Shown piece by piece: positions 54,738 to 63,342 of a DNA stretch of 64,000 bases. The stretch is from an uncultured Chloroflexia bacterium (GTDB taxonomy: Bacteria; Chloroflexota; Limnocylindria; Limnocylindrales; CSP1-4), in NCBI GenBank assembly GCA_963735865.1, contig CAVTML010000002.1:903668-967667 (forward strand), read 5' to 3'. Below the pieces are notes generated by a model. It was not told the origin of the DNA. It saw nothing but the letters and a program-made list of their open reading frames with translations, and did not search any database. The translations under genes and the position numbers were made by a program. Position 1 is the first letter of the stretch; each line of letters begins with the position of its first letter.

Positions 54738-55262
54738 GTGAAGGCGCCAGCCATCGGGTCACTCGTGATCGTCCTCGTCCTCGCGGTACTGACCCTCGCG
54801 ACGCCGACCCCGTCACGCGCCGCCACGTGCCGCGCCGACAACGTCCTGCTCGGCCAGGTGCCGGTCCTGACGGGTCAGACCTCGACCGACTGGTTCAACG
54901 TGTTCGGGTTCGACTTCGACCCATCCCTGCCGCCCACGATCACCTTCGGTGCCCCGGTCGTCCTGTATCCGGGCGAGACGTCTCAGGGCCTGCCACCCTC
55001 CGTGACGTCGTTCGTGGTGCCCACCACGTTCTTCGATGGGTCCTTCAAGCTGACCTTCCGGGCGCGTGACAGCGATGTGCGGACGATCACTGCGCGCATC
55101 GTTGGCGAGGGATGCGTCGCGAACACGATCGTGCAGTTGACGCTGCCCGGGACCTCGACCGACGCCCCGGCGACGCCGTCGCTCGGCGGGCTGGCCCTGA
55201 TCCTCCTTGTGTCGCTGGGGGCGGCCGCGGCGCTCTGGCGTCGATTGCAGAAGGTCGAGTAG
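54738..55262 (+). CDS. secreted protein with C-terminal LPGTS-TM-RR sorting-signal-like tail
   Basis: AGGAGG box. Signal peptide ...TPSRAA. C-terminus LPGTS-x12-hydrophobic helix-WRRLQKVE. Confidence 0.6.
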   Translation: MKAPAIGSLVIVLVLAVLTLATPTPSRAATCRADNVLLGQVPVLTGQTSTDWFNVFGFDFDPSLPPTITFGAPVVLYPGETSQGLPPSVTSFVVPTTFFDGSFKLTFRARDSDVRTITARIVGEGCVANTIVQLTLPGTSTDAPATPSLGGLALILLVSLGAAAALWRRLQKVE

Positions 55263-55332
55263 CCCCCCTCGGGCCGGACCGGCCACAAGGCCGCTTGTGC
55301 AACTGGCGTGGCGGGCGCACCGTCTGATTGAC

Positions 55333-55776
55333 ATGAAGCCAATCGTCGTGGCCGTGTTGTGTGCCGTGCTCACCGCCTGCGCAGCGCCACTGTCCTCAGC
55401 CGCACCAACACCCACGCCACCACTGGACGCGCCAACGGGTTCCCCGTCCGCCGTGCCGCCGTCGTCTTCTCCGGCCCCATTGCCGTCCGGCGAGATGCCC
55501 TTGCCCACCGACGCTTTCGACGCAGCGTGCGCCATGATCGGTTTCAGCGCCGTCCTCCATGGCAGCGCCACCGATCCACACCTGACCTGGGTCGTCAACG
55601 ACCTGGGCACCCGCATCGACGTCCTCTGGCCGCCGGGCTATCGGGCGCGGTTCACCCCGAACCTTGAAGTCCTCGATGCGAGCGGGGTCGTGGTCGCCAG
55701 GTCGGGCGACCCGGTCGGCGGCGGGTGTGGCACGGGCAACCCGCACGTCGTGCTCCTGGAGCCGCCGCTCAAGTAG
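55333..55776 (+). CDS. lipoprotein, unknown function
   Basis: Lipobox VLTAC, then a Pro-rich linker. Confidence 0.6.
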   Translation: MKPIVVAVLCAVLTACAAPLSSAAPTPTPPLDAPTGSPSAVPPSSSPAPLPSGEMPLPTDAFDAACAMIGFSAVLHGSATDPHLTWVVNDLGTRIDVLWPPGYRARFTPNLEVLDASGVVVARSGDPVGGGCGTGNPHVVLLEPPLK

Positions 55777-55861
55777 TGTTCTTGGCGCGAACCTGCGCCG
55801 TTGAGGGCCGGTCGGGTAGACCTCCGTCTGCAAGGAACCGCCAGTCCAGCGCGTATAGGTT

Positions 55862-56422
55862 GTGATGCTCGAGCCAGAGGCGCGGCTTGCCGCGGTCGAC
55901 CAGGCGTACCGAGACCACGCCGACGATCTGTACCGCGTCGCCTTCGGCATCCTGCGCGACGTCGATGCGGCGGTCGATGCCACGCAGGTCGCCTTCGCCC
56001 GGGCCTTCGAGCGATGGGGCCAGTACGACCCGCGCCGACCGCTCCTGCCATGGCTGCACGGCATCGTGATCCACGAAGCACTGGACGCGGTGCGGCGGGC
56101 ACGAGTCCGTCACGTTGCAGTCGCTACCACCGGTGGCGGGTCTGGCACAACGTCGTTCGAGGGTGACGTCGCCGCACGGGTCGCCGACCGTGCGGCGATC
56201 GCGGCAGGCTTGGCCCAGCTCAAGCCGGCTGCCCGAGCCGCCGTCGTGCTGTACGACGTGTACGGCTACGACTACGCCGAGATCGGCCGGATGCTGGGCA
56301 CCAGCCCCGGCAACGTCGGGTCGACCCTGACCCGAGCACACGCCCGCCTGCGTGAGGCACTAACGACGACCGAAGCATCACCCGACGCCGCGCACGCGGT
56401 ATCCCCGCACTCGCTGCCCTGA
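55862..56422 (+). CDS. ECF-type RNA polymerase sigma factor
   Basis: Region 2 (DDLYRVAFGILRDVDAAVDATQVAF) and region 4 (VVLYDVYGYDYAEIGRMLGTSPGNVGSTLTRAH). Confidence 0.85.
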   Translation: MMLEPEARLAAVDQAYRDHADDLYRVAFGILRDVDAAVDATQVAFARAFERWGQYDPRRPLLPWLHGIVIHEALDAVRRARVRHVAVATTGGGSGTTSFEGDVAARVADRAAIAAGLAQLKPAARAAVVLYDVYGYDYAEIGRMLGTSPGNVGSTLTRAHARLREALTTTEASPDAAHAVSPHSLP

Positions 56423-56437
56423 ACCCGAGGTGGACTG

Positions 56438-58213
56438 ATGAACAGTGAGGCTGACCCCACGGGGCTCGACGACGTCGGTCGTGCGGTCCGCGACCTCGCG
56501 ACGTCATGGACGATGCCCCCGGCGACTCGTGATGTGGCCGGCTGGCGGGATCGGATCGCCCCCACGGGCGCGATCCGCCGACGCTGGGGTTCATGGGGCC
56601 GACCGGTCGCCGCCGCCGCTGGACTCGCTCTGACGATCTCCATCGCAGCCGCGCTGCTGGCGGTCTGGCTCGTGCTGCCGCCACGCGGCGGTCCCGGCCC
56701 AGGCGCGTCCGGCCAGCCGTCCTCCACGCCGCGGCCGACACCCAACCCGGCCCTGCTGTACTCGGCGCCGCCAACAGCGACGCCCCTCCCGACGCTCCCG
56801 GCGTACGCCCTCTTCGGGGCGCAGCTGCCCGTTGGGCGGGTCCTGGTCAGCGCGGGCAGCGGGCCCGCCCTGCTCGACCTGACCAACGGCACCTTGACGG
56901 CCATCGACCCCACGGCTGGCCTCGGGAATGACCAGGTCTTCCCGCTGCCGGGTGGCGGATTCCTGTGCGCCTGTGTCACGAGCGTGGGGACCGTCGACCC
57001 CGCAACCACGTCGCTGGACACCACGACGACCGTCACGTTGCGGTGGCTCGCCGCAGACGGCACGACGGGGCGATCCGTGGTCCTGCCGCCGTACGTCGGC
57101 CGCGCCGACCCAGCGGTCGCCAACGAGGCGCCCCATTCGGCGGTCACGACGAGCCTGAGCCCCGACGGCAGCAGGCTGTACGTCGGCTGGGAGGTCGAGC
57201 GGCCGCCCGTGTGGCAGGGCGGCATCGACGTGGTCGACCTGGCGGCGGGTCGGATCGTCCAGACGGTCAACCTGCCTGGCCTGGCTGACGCCGTCGCCGG
57301 CCAGTCGCAGGCCCCCGATGGCGCGACCGTTGCGGTGGCACCCGATGGCGCATCGGCGCTGATCGGCCGGGTCCTGTGGTACCCCGGTGGTGGCACGCCG
57401 AGCTCGTGGCACGCGACCGCGCCGCTGCACGCCGGCCGGTTCGGGCTGCCCGTGGCCGTCCCGGCCGATCCACATGGCCTCGATGGGGCCCCCTGCGCCG
57501 GGGTCCTGGGACCCGGCGGCTTCGCCACCCCGACCATCTACTACGAGGTGTGCACCGGCGACAGCGGGGCGCTCGTCCGGCGGGTCGACCAGGCGGGCCG
57601 ACCGCTCGGGGACACGTCTCTGGGCGGCAGCAACGGCATCGACTTCGGCCTCGGCACGGTTGTCGATCAGGCTCGTCACCTTCTGTACGCCTGGGACCCG
57701 TTCGGCGCCCGTCTCGTGCGCGTCGACCTCACCACCGGCCGGATCACCGGCAGCACGGCGCTGCCGACGCCGGCTGCCTTGACCGACCCGCTTACCGCGG
57801 CGGCCCGGGCGCTCGCCGGCTGGCTGGCCCCGGCGACGGAGGCCAAGGACTACCTCAGCCCCTCGCTGGCCATCGCCGCCGACGGGTCGCGCCTCTATGC
57901 GTTGGGCACCGCGGCCACCGACCCGACATCGCCCGCAGGTGGCTCGACCGGCGTGTGGGTCTTTGACACATCGTCGCTGGCCATCGTCGGCCACTGGGCG
58001 CCGCTCGCCGACTACATCTCGGTGACTCTCGCCGATGGCGGCCTGGTCCTTGTCGCGGGGATGCCCGGCGTGGATACCAGCGGGGTCCAGAACGACCAGC
58101 AGGGCGCCTCTGTCGTCGCCTACGACCCGGCCAGCGGCGCCGTCCGGATCGTCGCCGGCCAGGTGCAGGGCAGCTCCGCTGGCTGGGTCCTCTTCCCGTC
58201 ACCCGGCCCGTAG
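56438..58213 (+). CDS. putative anti-sigma factor with extracytoplasmic beta-propeller-like domain
   Basis: 15 nt after the sigma gene, with a GAGGTGG box. One TM (VAAAAGLALTISIAAALLAVWLVL). Repeated DGSRLY(V/A) motifs. Confidence 0.65.
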   Translation: MNSEADPTGLDDVGRAVRDLATSWTMPPATRDVAGWRDRIAPTGAIRRRWGSWGRPVAAAAGLALTISIAAALLAVWLVLPPRGGPGPGASGQPSSTPRPTPNPALLYSAPPTATPLPTLPAYALFGAQLPVGRVLVSAGSGPALLDLTNGTLTAIDPTAGLGNDQVFPLPGGGFLCACVTSVGTVDPATTSLDTTTTVTLRWLAADGTTGRSVVLPPYVGRADPAVANEAPHSAVTTSLSPDGSRLYVGWEVERPPVWQGGIDVVDLAAGRIVQTVNLPGLADAVAGQSQAPDGATVAVAPDGASALIGRVLWYPGGGTPSSWHATAPLHAGRFGLPVAVPADPHGLDGAPCAGVLGPGGFATPTIYYEVCTGDSGALVRRVDQAGRPLGDTSLGGSNGIDFGLGTVVDQARHLLYAWDPFGARLVRVDLTTGRITGSTALPTPAALTDPLTAAARALAGWLAPATEAKDYLSPSLAIAADGSRLYALGTAATDPTSPAGGSTGVWVFDTSSLAIVGHWAPLADYISVTLADGGLVLVAGMPGVDTSGVQNDQQGASVVAYDPASGAVRIVAGQVQGSSAGWVLFPSPGP

Positions 58214-58216
58214 GGG

Positions 58217-59455
58217 CTACGGCAGCTGCCACCCGGCTGGCGGGACGCGGAACGCCACGAGGGTCGCTGCCCACGACCCGTTGCCCGTCGGCGCCAGGGT
58301 CGCCGCGGCCACGAGGTCGGTGCCGAGGAAGGTCGCGTAGGCCGCGGGCCCGGTCGAGGCGACGGGGCACGCGGCGGCACCCAGGAACGGTGCGCAGCCG
58401 AACCCGTTCGGCAGGATGGTCACGCTCGCGACCGCGTAGCCCGCGTGGGCCACCGCGGCGAGGACCGCCGCCACCTGGCCGGGACACTGGGGGTCCGGCG
58501 CCGTGGTCGCGGGCGCAGTGGGGCTCCCGCCCGCGGCGGCGGGACAGTCGATGACCACGTGCGTGATCACAACCGGCGCGGTCGGCGATGGTGCGATGTT
58601 CGGCGTCGGGGCCGGCTGGGGCCCGGTCGCCGCGGGGAGGGACGGTGTGACGTGTTGCGGATCGGCTGGGATGGCGGTGACACTGCCGACCATGGTCACG
58701 AAGTCATCCACGACCCCCTGGGCCTGCAGGGAGCCCAGGTCCCCGTCGGTGCCGGTCGCGCCCAGGCTGACGATCAGGGGCTGGCCTTGAGCGACGATGT
58801 ACGCCACGACGAAGGCGTAGCCACTTGCCCCGTTCGGTAGGGCGAGCGCGTAGATCTTCGCCTCGGGCAGGGTCCGCAGGAGCTCGAAGGGCTGTCCCTC
58901 TCGAGTCATGAGCGCCTCGAGCCCCGCCGTCCAGCCACTGAGGGATGGCGCGGACTCGAAGAGGGGCCACTCGACGCTCCCACCGGGTCCGGCCGGGTGG
59001 GCCGCCGGTAGCAGGAGGTTCACGGCGCGGATGACGATGTCCCCGCTGGGGGTGCTGCCCGGGGCGACATACTCCCGGCCGTTCGGGAACTGGCCCCCGG
59101 TAGGTGTCCAGTTGGTTGGTCGGAGCATCGCGTAACCGTAGATCCCATCGATCTGCTCGACCCAACCGGCCACGAGCGAGCTGCGCGGCGACGGGCTGCC
59201 GCCCGGCACGACGGTCGGTCGCGTCCCCAGCACAAGGAGGGCAGCCACCCCCAGGACGCCCACGGTGGCGACCGCGCCTGCGAGGCGCTTTCGTCCCCGC
59301 AACCAGGTGCGTTCCCGGGAGTCTGGCAGGCGCTGCATGGTCTGGGCCAGGACGGTGCGCAGCATGGGGGGCACCTCATTCGGCGCCAGCTCGTCGAGGA
59401 CGGCGCGCAGGTCCCGCTCGAACGGATCGTCGGTTGTGAGGCGTTCGTCGCTCAC
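58217..59455 (-). CDS. putative anti-sigma factor with extracytoplasmic domain
   Basis: GTG 59455 overlaps the sigma stop (GTGA). One TM (AVATVGVLGVAALLVLG). The upstream 112 codons of the ORF look non-coding. Confidence 0.6.
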   Translation of the reverse strand: MSDERLTTDDPFERDLRAVLDELAPNEVPPMLRTVLAQTMQRLPDSRERTWLRGRKRLAGAVATVGVLGVAALLVLGTRPTVVPGGSPSPRSSLVAGWVEQIDGIYGYAMLRPTNWTPTGGQFPNGREYVAPGSTPSGDIVIRAVNLLLPAAHPAGPGGSVEWPLFESAPSLSGWTAGLEALMTREGQPFELLRTLPEAKIYALALPNGASGYAFVVAYIVAQGQPLIVSLGATGTDGDLGSLQAQGVVDDFVTMVGSVTAIPADPQHVTPSLPAATGPQPAPTPNIAPSPTAPVVITHVVIDCPAAAGGSPTAPATTAPDPQCPGQVAAVLAAVAHAGYAVASVTILPNGFGCAPFLGAAACPVASTGPAAYATFLGTDLVAAATLAPTGNGSWAATLVAFRVPPAGWQLP

Positions 59456-60021
59456 AGGGTCGACCTCCCCGAGCTCCGGCCATCGGCGTCGTACGCGGCG
59501 TGCAGGGCCTTGAGCGCGTAGTGGAGCCGGGACTTCACCGTCCCAAGTCGCTGGCCCGTCCGGTCGGCGATCTCGACTAGTGACAGGTCGGCTGAGTAAC
59601 GCAGCACGACCACCAGTCGCTGGTCCGCGGTCAGGCTGTCGAGAGCCCGCCGCAAGGCGTCTCGATCTGCTGAGGTGGCGTCGCGAGCCAGGGTATCCGC
59701 CCCCAACTGGTCGTCGAGGGGCACAATCCGGACACGGCGACGCCGGCGGAGCCGGTCCCGGCATTGGTTGACGAGGATGCGCTGGAACCATGCCTCGAAC
59801 CGCTCGGGATTGCGCAGGCTTGCGAAACGCTCCCAGGCGATCACCGCCGCATCTTGGACCGCATCCTGCGCCTCAGGTTCGCTGCCGAGGAGGACTGCGG
59901 CGAGTCGGTAGAAGGAACTCAGATGGCGGTCGGTCAGCTGACTGAACGCGGCGGCGCGGGCACTGCCCGCCCCATCGCTGCCTGCCACCTGTCCTCGCAC
60001 CCATACCTCCCTGCCAAGCAT
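59452..60021 (-). CDS. ECF-type RNA polymerase sigma factor
   Basis: Region 2 (DAVQDAAVIAWERFASLRNPERFEAWFQRILVNQCRD) and region 4 (VVVLRYSADLSLVEIADRTGQRLGTVKSRLH). Start may be 60021 or 60069. Confidence 0.8.
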   Translation of the reverse strand: MLGREVWVRGQVAGSDGAGSARAAAFSQLTDRHLSSFYRLAAVLLGSEPEAQDAVQDAAVIAWERFASLRNPERFEAWFQRILVNQCRDRLRRRRRVRIVPLDDQLGADTLARDATSADRDALRRALDSLTADQRLVVVLRYSADLSLVEIADRTGQRLGTVKSRLHYALKALHAAYDADGRSSGRSTL

Positions 60022-60299
60022 CGTGTCGTCCAGACGATGGACGCAGCCCGGAGGTTCAATCTTCGCCATGACCCACAGCGCCACCTCGAAGTAGGTGGTC
60101 TGTTGCGAGCACAGCGCGGCTGTCAGTCGACGTGACGTGCCTGATGGGCGCTTCGAATCGCCCACGTACTCCCAGACGATGCGAATGCCGAGATTGACCC
60201 GACCGGGTCTGAACATCCGCGGCTTCGTTGCCCCCCTCGAAGGTCGAGCCGAGAGACGTCCTGACTGGCCGAGTAGAGTGGGCGTGGAGGTGTCGCGGC

Positions 60300-60761
60300 G
60301 TGCACATCACTCGCGGTCGCTCGCTGGGCGCGGCGCTCGCCGTGATCCTCGTCTGCGGGGTCGTGGCGGGTTGTGATGGGAGTGGCGCGCCCTATGCGGC
60401 CGCCCTGCGCGTGCGGAACGTATCGAGCGAGCCGGTCACGTTCGAGTTCGACACGCCGGGCACCGGGCTGCTGGGTTTCGTGGGCGTCGACCGGCACACC
60501 CTGGTGCTCGATCCGTGGCAACCGGGCTGGTGCCCAGCCGCCGACTTCGGCTTGCCGACGGGGACGATCACGATCACCCTCGCCGGCTCGCAGATCCAAG
60601 GCACGCCGTCGCACTCGTGGCAGGTCATGAGCGACCCACTGGCTCCGCCACGTGATCTCGACGTCGTGGTCGACGCTGGCGGAGCGGTGACGTTCGATGC
60701 CCCGATCCCCCCGAACGCGAGCCCGTGTCTCGACCCGCCGCTGCGAACGCCAGCGCCGTGA
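60300..60761 (+). CDS. small lipoprotein, Cys-pair family
   Basis: GTG 60300. Lipobox VVAGC. Paralogue of 48150-48560. Confidence 0.6.
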   Translation: MHITRGRSLGAALAVILVCGVVAGCDGSGAPYAAALRVRNVSSEPVTFEFDTPGTGLLGFVGVDRHTLVLDPWQPGWCPAADFGLPTGTITITLAGSQIQGTPSHSWQVMSDPLAPPRDLDVVVDAGGAVTFDAPIPPNASPCLDPPLRTPAP

Positions 60762-61332
60762 AGAGTGATAACGGATGGGTCGACGCAAATGGCTGGTCGT
60801 GGCGGTGCTGCTGGGCCTCGTCGGAGGCGCCGTCGCGATAGACCGGGTCATCCACCACCTCGACGGGGTCGCTTGGCCCGGCAGCCCGCCCGTGAAGGCG
60901 GTCAAGCGCCGTGCGGGCGCAAATCCGTGCTCCTCTCCACAGGCTGTCCACAATGACGGTGGAATACGTGGATGAAGTCGGCACCTCTTCCGTTCATTTC
61001 GTGGATAAGTACGTTGACCCGGCTGGGCTGCGGCCGGTAACGTACGTCTTGCCCGAAGGGGCCGTCGGAGACGGGATCGGAGACCGAGGCGACTCGGCCG
61101 CCACCCTCGACGGTCAGGGGAACCGAGATTGCATCAAGGATCTCCGGACCAGCGAGGACGCTGAGATTGCATCAAGGCAGTCCCGCTTCTGAGCCGGTTC
61201 TTTCGGGCGCTTCGTTTGCCCGAGGCTCCGCACGGCACTCCGGTGCCGGGCGGTTCGTCGGGACCGGCTGGTGGGGCGTGATCGGCATCCCGGTGTCGAT
61301 ACCCTCATCGGCCGGACGAAGTCCCCACCCCG

Positions 61333-61338
61333 TATCCT
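61333..61338 (+). promoter_or_regulatory. -10-like hexamer TATCCT, 5 nt before in-frame GTG 61344 (8 nt before ATG 61347)
   Basis: TATCCT-caccc-GTGATG. Confidence 0.35.
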
Positions 61339-61346
61339 CACCCGTG

Positions 61347-62192
61347 ATGACGGACGCCCCCGGCCCGGCCGCCTGGCCCGCCGCGCTCGACGCGCTCGAG
61401 CTTGCCGTGCGGGCCCGCTCGTCGCTCATCCCGCGTGTCGGGCTCGTCCTGGGTTCCGGCCTCGGTGGCCTGGCCGACGCCCTCACCGACACGACGGCCA
61501 TCCCCTTCGCCGACCTGCCCGGTTGGCCCGCGGCCTCCGCGCCCGGCCATGCCGGCCGCCTGCTGCTTGGTCACCTCGAGGGCGTCCCGGTCGCCTGCCT
61601 GCAGGGCCGGTTGCACGTCTACGAGGGCCACCCGCCGGGACTTGTCGTCCAGCCGGTGCTGCTGATGGGCCGCCTCGGCGCGCGCACGATCGTCCTGACC
61701 AACGCCGCCGGCGGGGTGGACCGGTCCTTCACGGCCGGCACCCTGATGGTCATCCGCGACCACCTCAACCTGACCGGCCTGAACCCTCTGATCGGGCCGA
61801 ACGCCGACGCCCTCGGGCCACGCTTCCCCGATCTCAGCCGGGCCTGGGACCCCGGCCTTCGCGAGCGGCTCCTGGCGGCCGGTCGGGCGGTCGGCGTGCC
61901 CCTTGCCGAGGGTGTCTACGCCGGCCTGCTGGGGCCCAATTACGAGACCCCGGCCGAGGTCGGCATGCTGCGGACCCTGGGCGCGAACGCGGTGGGCATG
62001 TCGACGGTCCTGGAGGCGATCGCCGCGGCCTGGGCGGGCCTGGCCGTCTGTGGCGTGTCGCTGGTCACGAATCCCGGTGCCGATGTGGCCGCCGCGCCGC
62101 TGACCCACGAGGAGGTCCTGACGGCTGCGAACGAAGCGGGTCCGCGCCTGGCCCTCGTGTTGCGCCGGTTCGTGGCCGACCTCGCCGCGTAG
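61347..62192 (+). CDS. punA: purine nucleoside phosphorylase (trimeric PunA type)
   Basis: LVLGSGLGGLAD, APGHAGRLLLG, LQGRLHVYEGH and GMSTVLEA motifs. Start may be GTG 61344. Confidence 0.9.
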   Translation: MTDAPGPAAWPAALDALELAVRARSSLIPRVGLVLGSGLGGLADALTDTTAIPFADLPGWPAASAPGHAGRLLLGHLEGVPVACLQGRLHVYEGHPPGLVVQPVLLMGRLGARTIVLTNAAGGVDRSFTAGTLMVIRDHLNLTGLNPLIGPNADALGPRFPDLSRAWDPGLRERLLAAGRAVGVPLAEGVYAGLLGPNYETPAEVGMLRTLGANAVGMSTVLEAIAAAWAGLAVCGVSLVTNPGADVAAAPLTHEEVLTAANEAGPRLALVLRRFVADLAA

Positions 62193-62475
62193 ACGAGGCC
62201 GGTCCGTCACGGTGGGTGAACGGATCGGGGTCGAGCAGGCGCCTGGGACGGCCGAGGAGCCGCCGAGCGGCATCGGTCGCTGGCAGTGAACAAAACCGGG
62301 TCCAAGGATGGTTCGGCGGGTCGGATGTGCCGCCTCGAGGCGGGATCGTTCGCTGTGGGTGACCGCTGGCCGCGCAAGGCGGGTGCGATCGACCACGGGG
62401 GCCCTTCAGGAGCAACGTGTTCGCTGTGAGTGACACCCGGGGGGACTGACCCGCGGGCCGAGGCCGCAGGACCGG

Positions 62476-63336
62476 CTAGACCGTGGGCAGGTCGCGTCCG
62501 GCGGCCTTGGCGGCCTCCCGCTTCTCCGCCCAGGCGGCCAGGACGACGTCCTTGTGCGGCCGGATCGGGCAGTGGCCGTCGCGGTTGCCCATCTCGTCGC
62601 AGTAGCCCAGTGGCACGCACTTGGGGGCCAGGAACGAGCCTAGGAACGGGCTGACCTGGAAGATCTCGTGGCGGATCAGCTGGAAGAGCCGCCGGATCTC
62701 CCACTGGGCCATGGTGCACAGGCGCAGGCCCGACATGTGGATCAGGGCCCGCAGGTTGGTCGTCATGACCAGGTTGGTGCGGGTCGCGTTGGGGAACACG
62801 AACCGCGCGTCCTCGCCGGCCACGCCGGCGGCCAGGAGGTCGCCGTACAGCTCGAGCGCGCCGCCGACCTGGGCCTCGTACCGTTCCCGGAGGGCCGGAT
62901 CGCCCTCCGCGATGGTGGTCGGCTCGAGGGTCGCCGCGCCCTTGAACTTGACGTATCGCTGGCTCTGCTGGTCGAAGGCCACGCCCGCCCGGTGGCGCAC
63001 CAGCTGGTGCGACAGCGTCCGGCTCACGCCGCTGATGCCGAAGGTGAAGACGACGTGCTCGATGGTGCTGCCGTGGCCCGACTCGATGACGCCCTGGATG
63101 AGGCGCTGCTGGCGCACCGGGTCGACCTCGCCGGCGACCGCCTTGCGAAAGATCTCCTCGGGCTCCATCTCGGAGTAGCAGGTCCGGCAGGCCGTGTAGA
63201 TGAGGGGCACGTAGAAGCGCTCGACGATCTCGCGATCGGGGAAGAGGAGGGTCGCCTTCAGGCCCAGGTCGCGGCGCCCCGGGTTCTGCGGCATCGCCCT
63301 GGCCGGCGGGTCGGGCGTGCTCGCAGGGACCGTCAT
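62476..63336 (-). CDS. thyX: FAD-dependent thymidylate synthase
   Basis: GHGSTIEHVVFTF and RHRAGVAFDQQSQRY signature region. 286 aa. Confidence 0.9.
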   Translation of the reverse strand: MTVPASTPDPPARAMPQNPGRRDLGLKATLLFPDREIVERFYVPLIYTACRTCYSEMEPEEIFRKAVAGEVDPVRQQRLIQGVIESGHGSTIEHVVFTFGISGVSRTLSHQLVRHRAGVAFDQQSQRYVKFKGAATLEPTTIAEGDPALRERYEAQVGGALELYGDLLAAGVAGEDARFVFPNATRTNLVMTTNLRALIHMSGLRLCTMAQWEIRRLFQLIRHEIFQVSPFLGSFLAPKCVPLGYCDEMGNRDGHCPIRPHKDVVLAAWAEKREAAKAAGRDLPTV

Positions 63337-63342
63337 GGCCGT

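Noticed and set aside
62193-62475. SRP RNA, RNase P RNA, tmRNA or tRNA in the punA-thyX spacer. One stretch, GGGTCCAAGGATGGTTCGGC, vaguely recalls the SRP domain IV sequence.
   Set aside because: The conserved SRP GGAA-tetraloop/AGCA context, RNase P universal motifs and tRNA T-loop (GGTTCGAATCC-type) are all absent. The length and structure do not fit.
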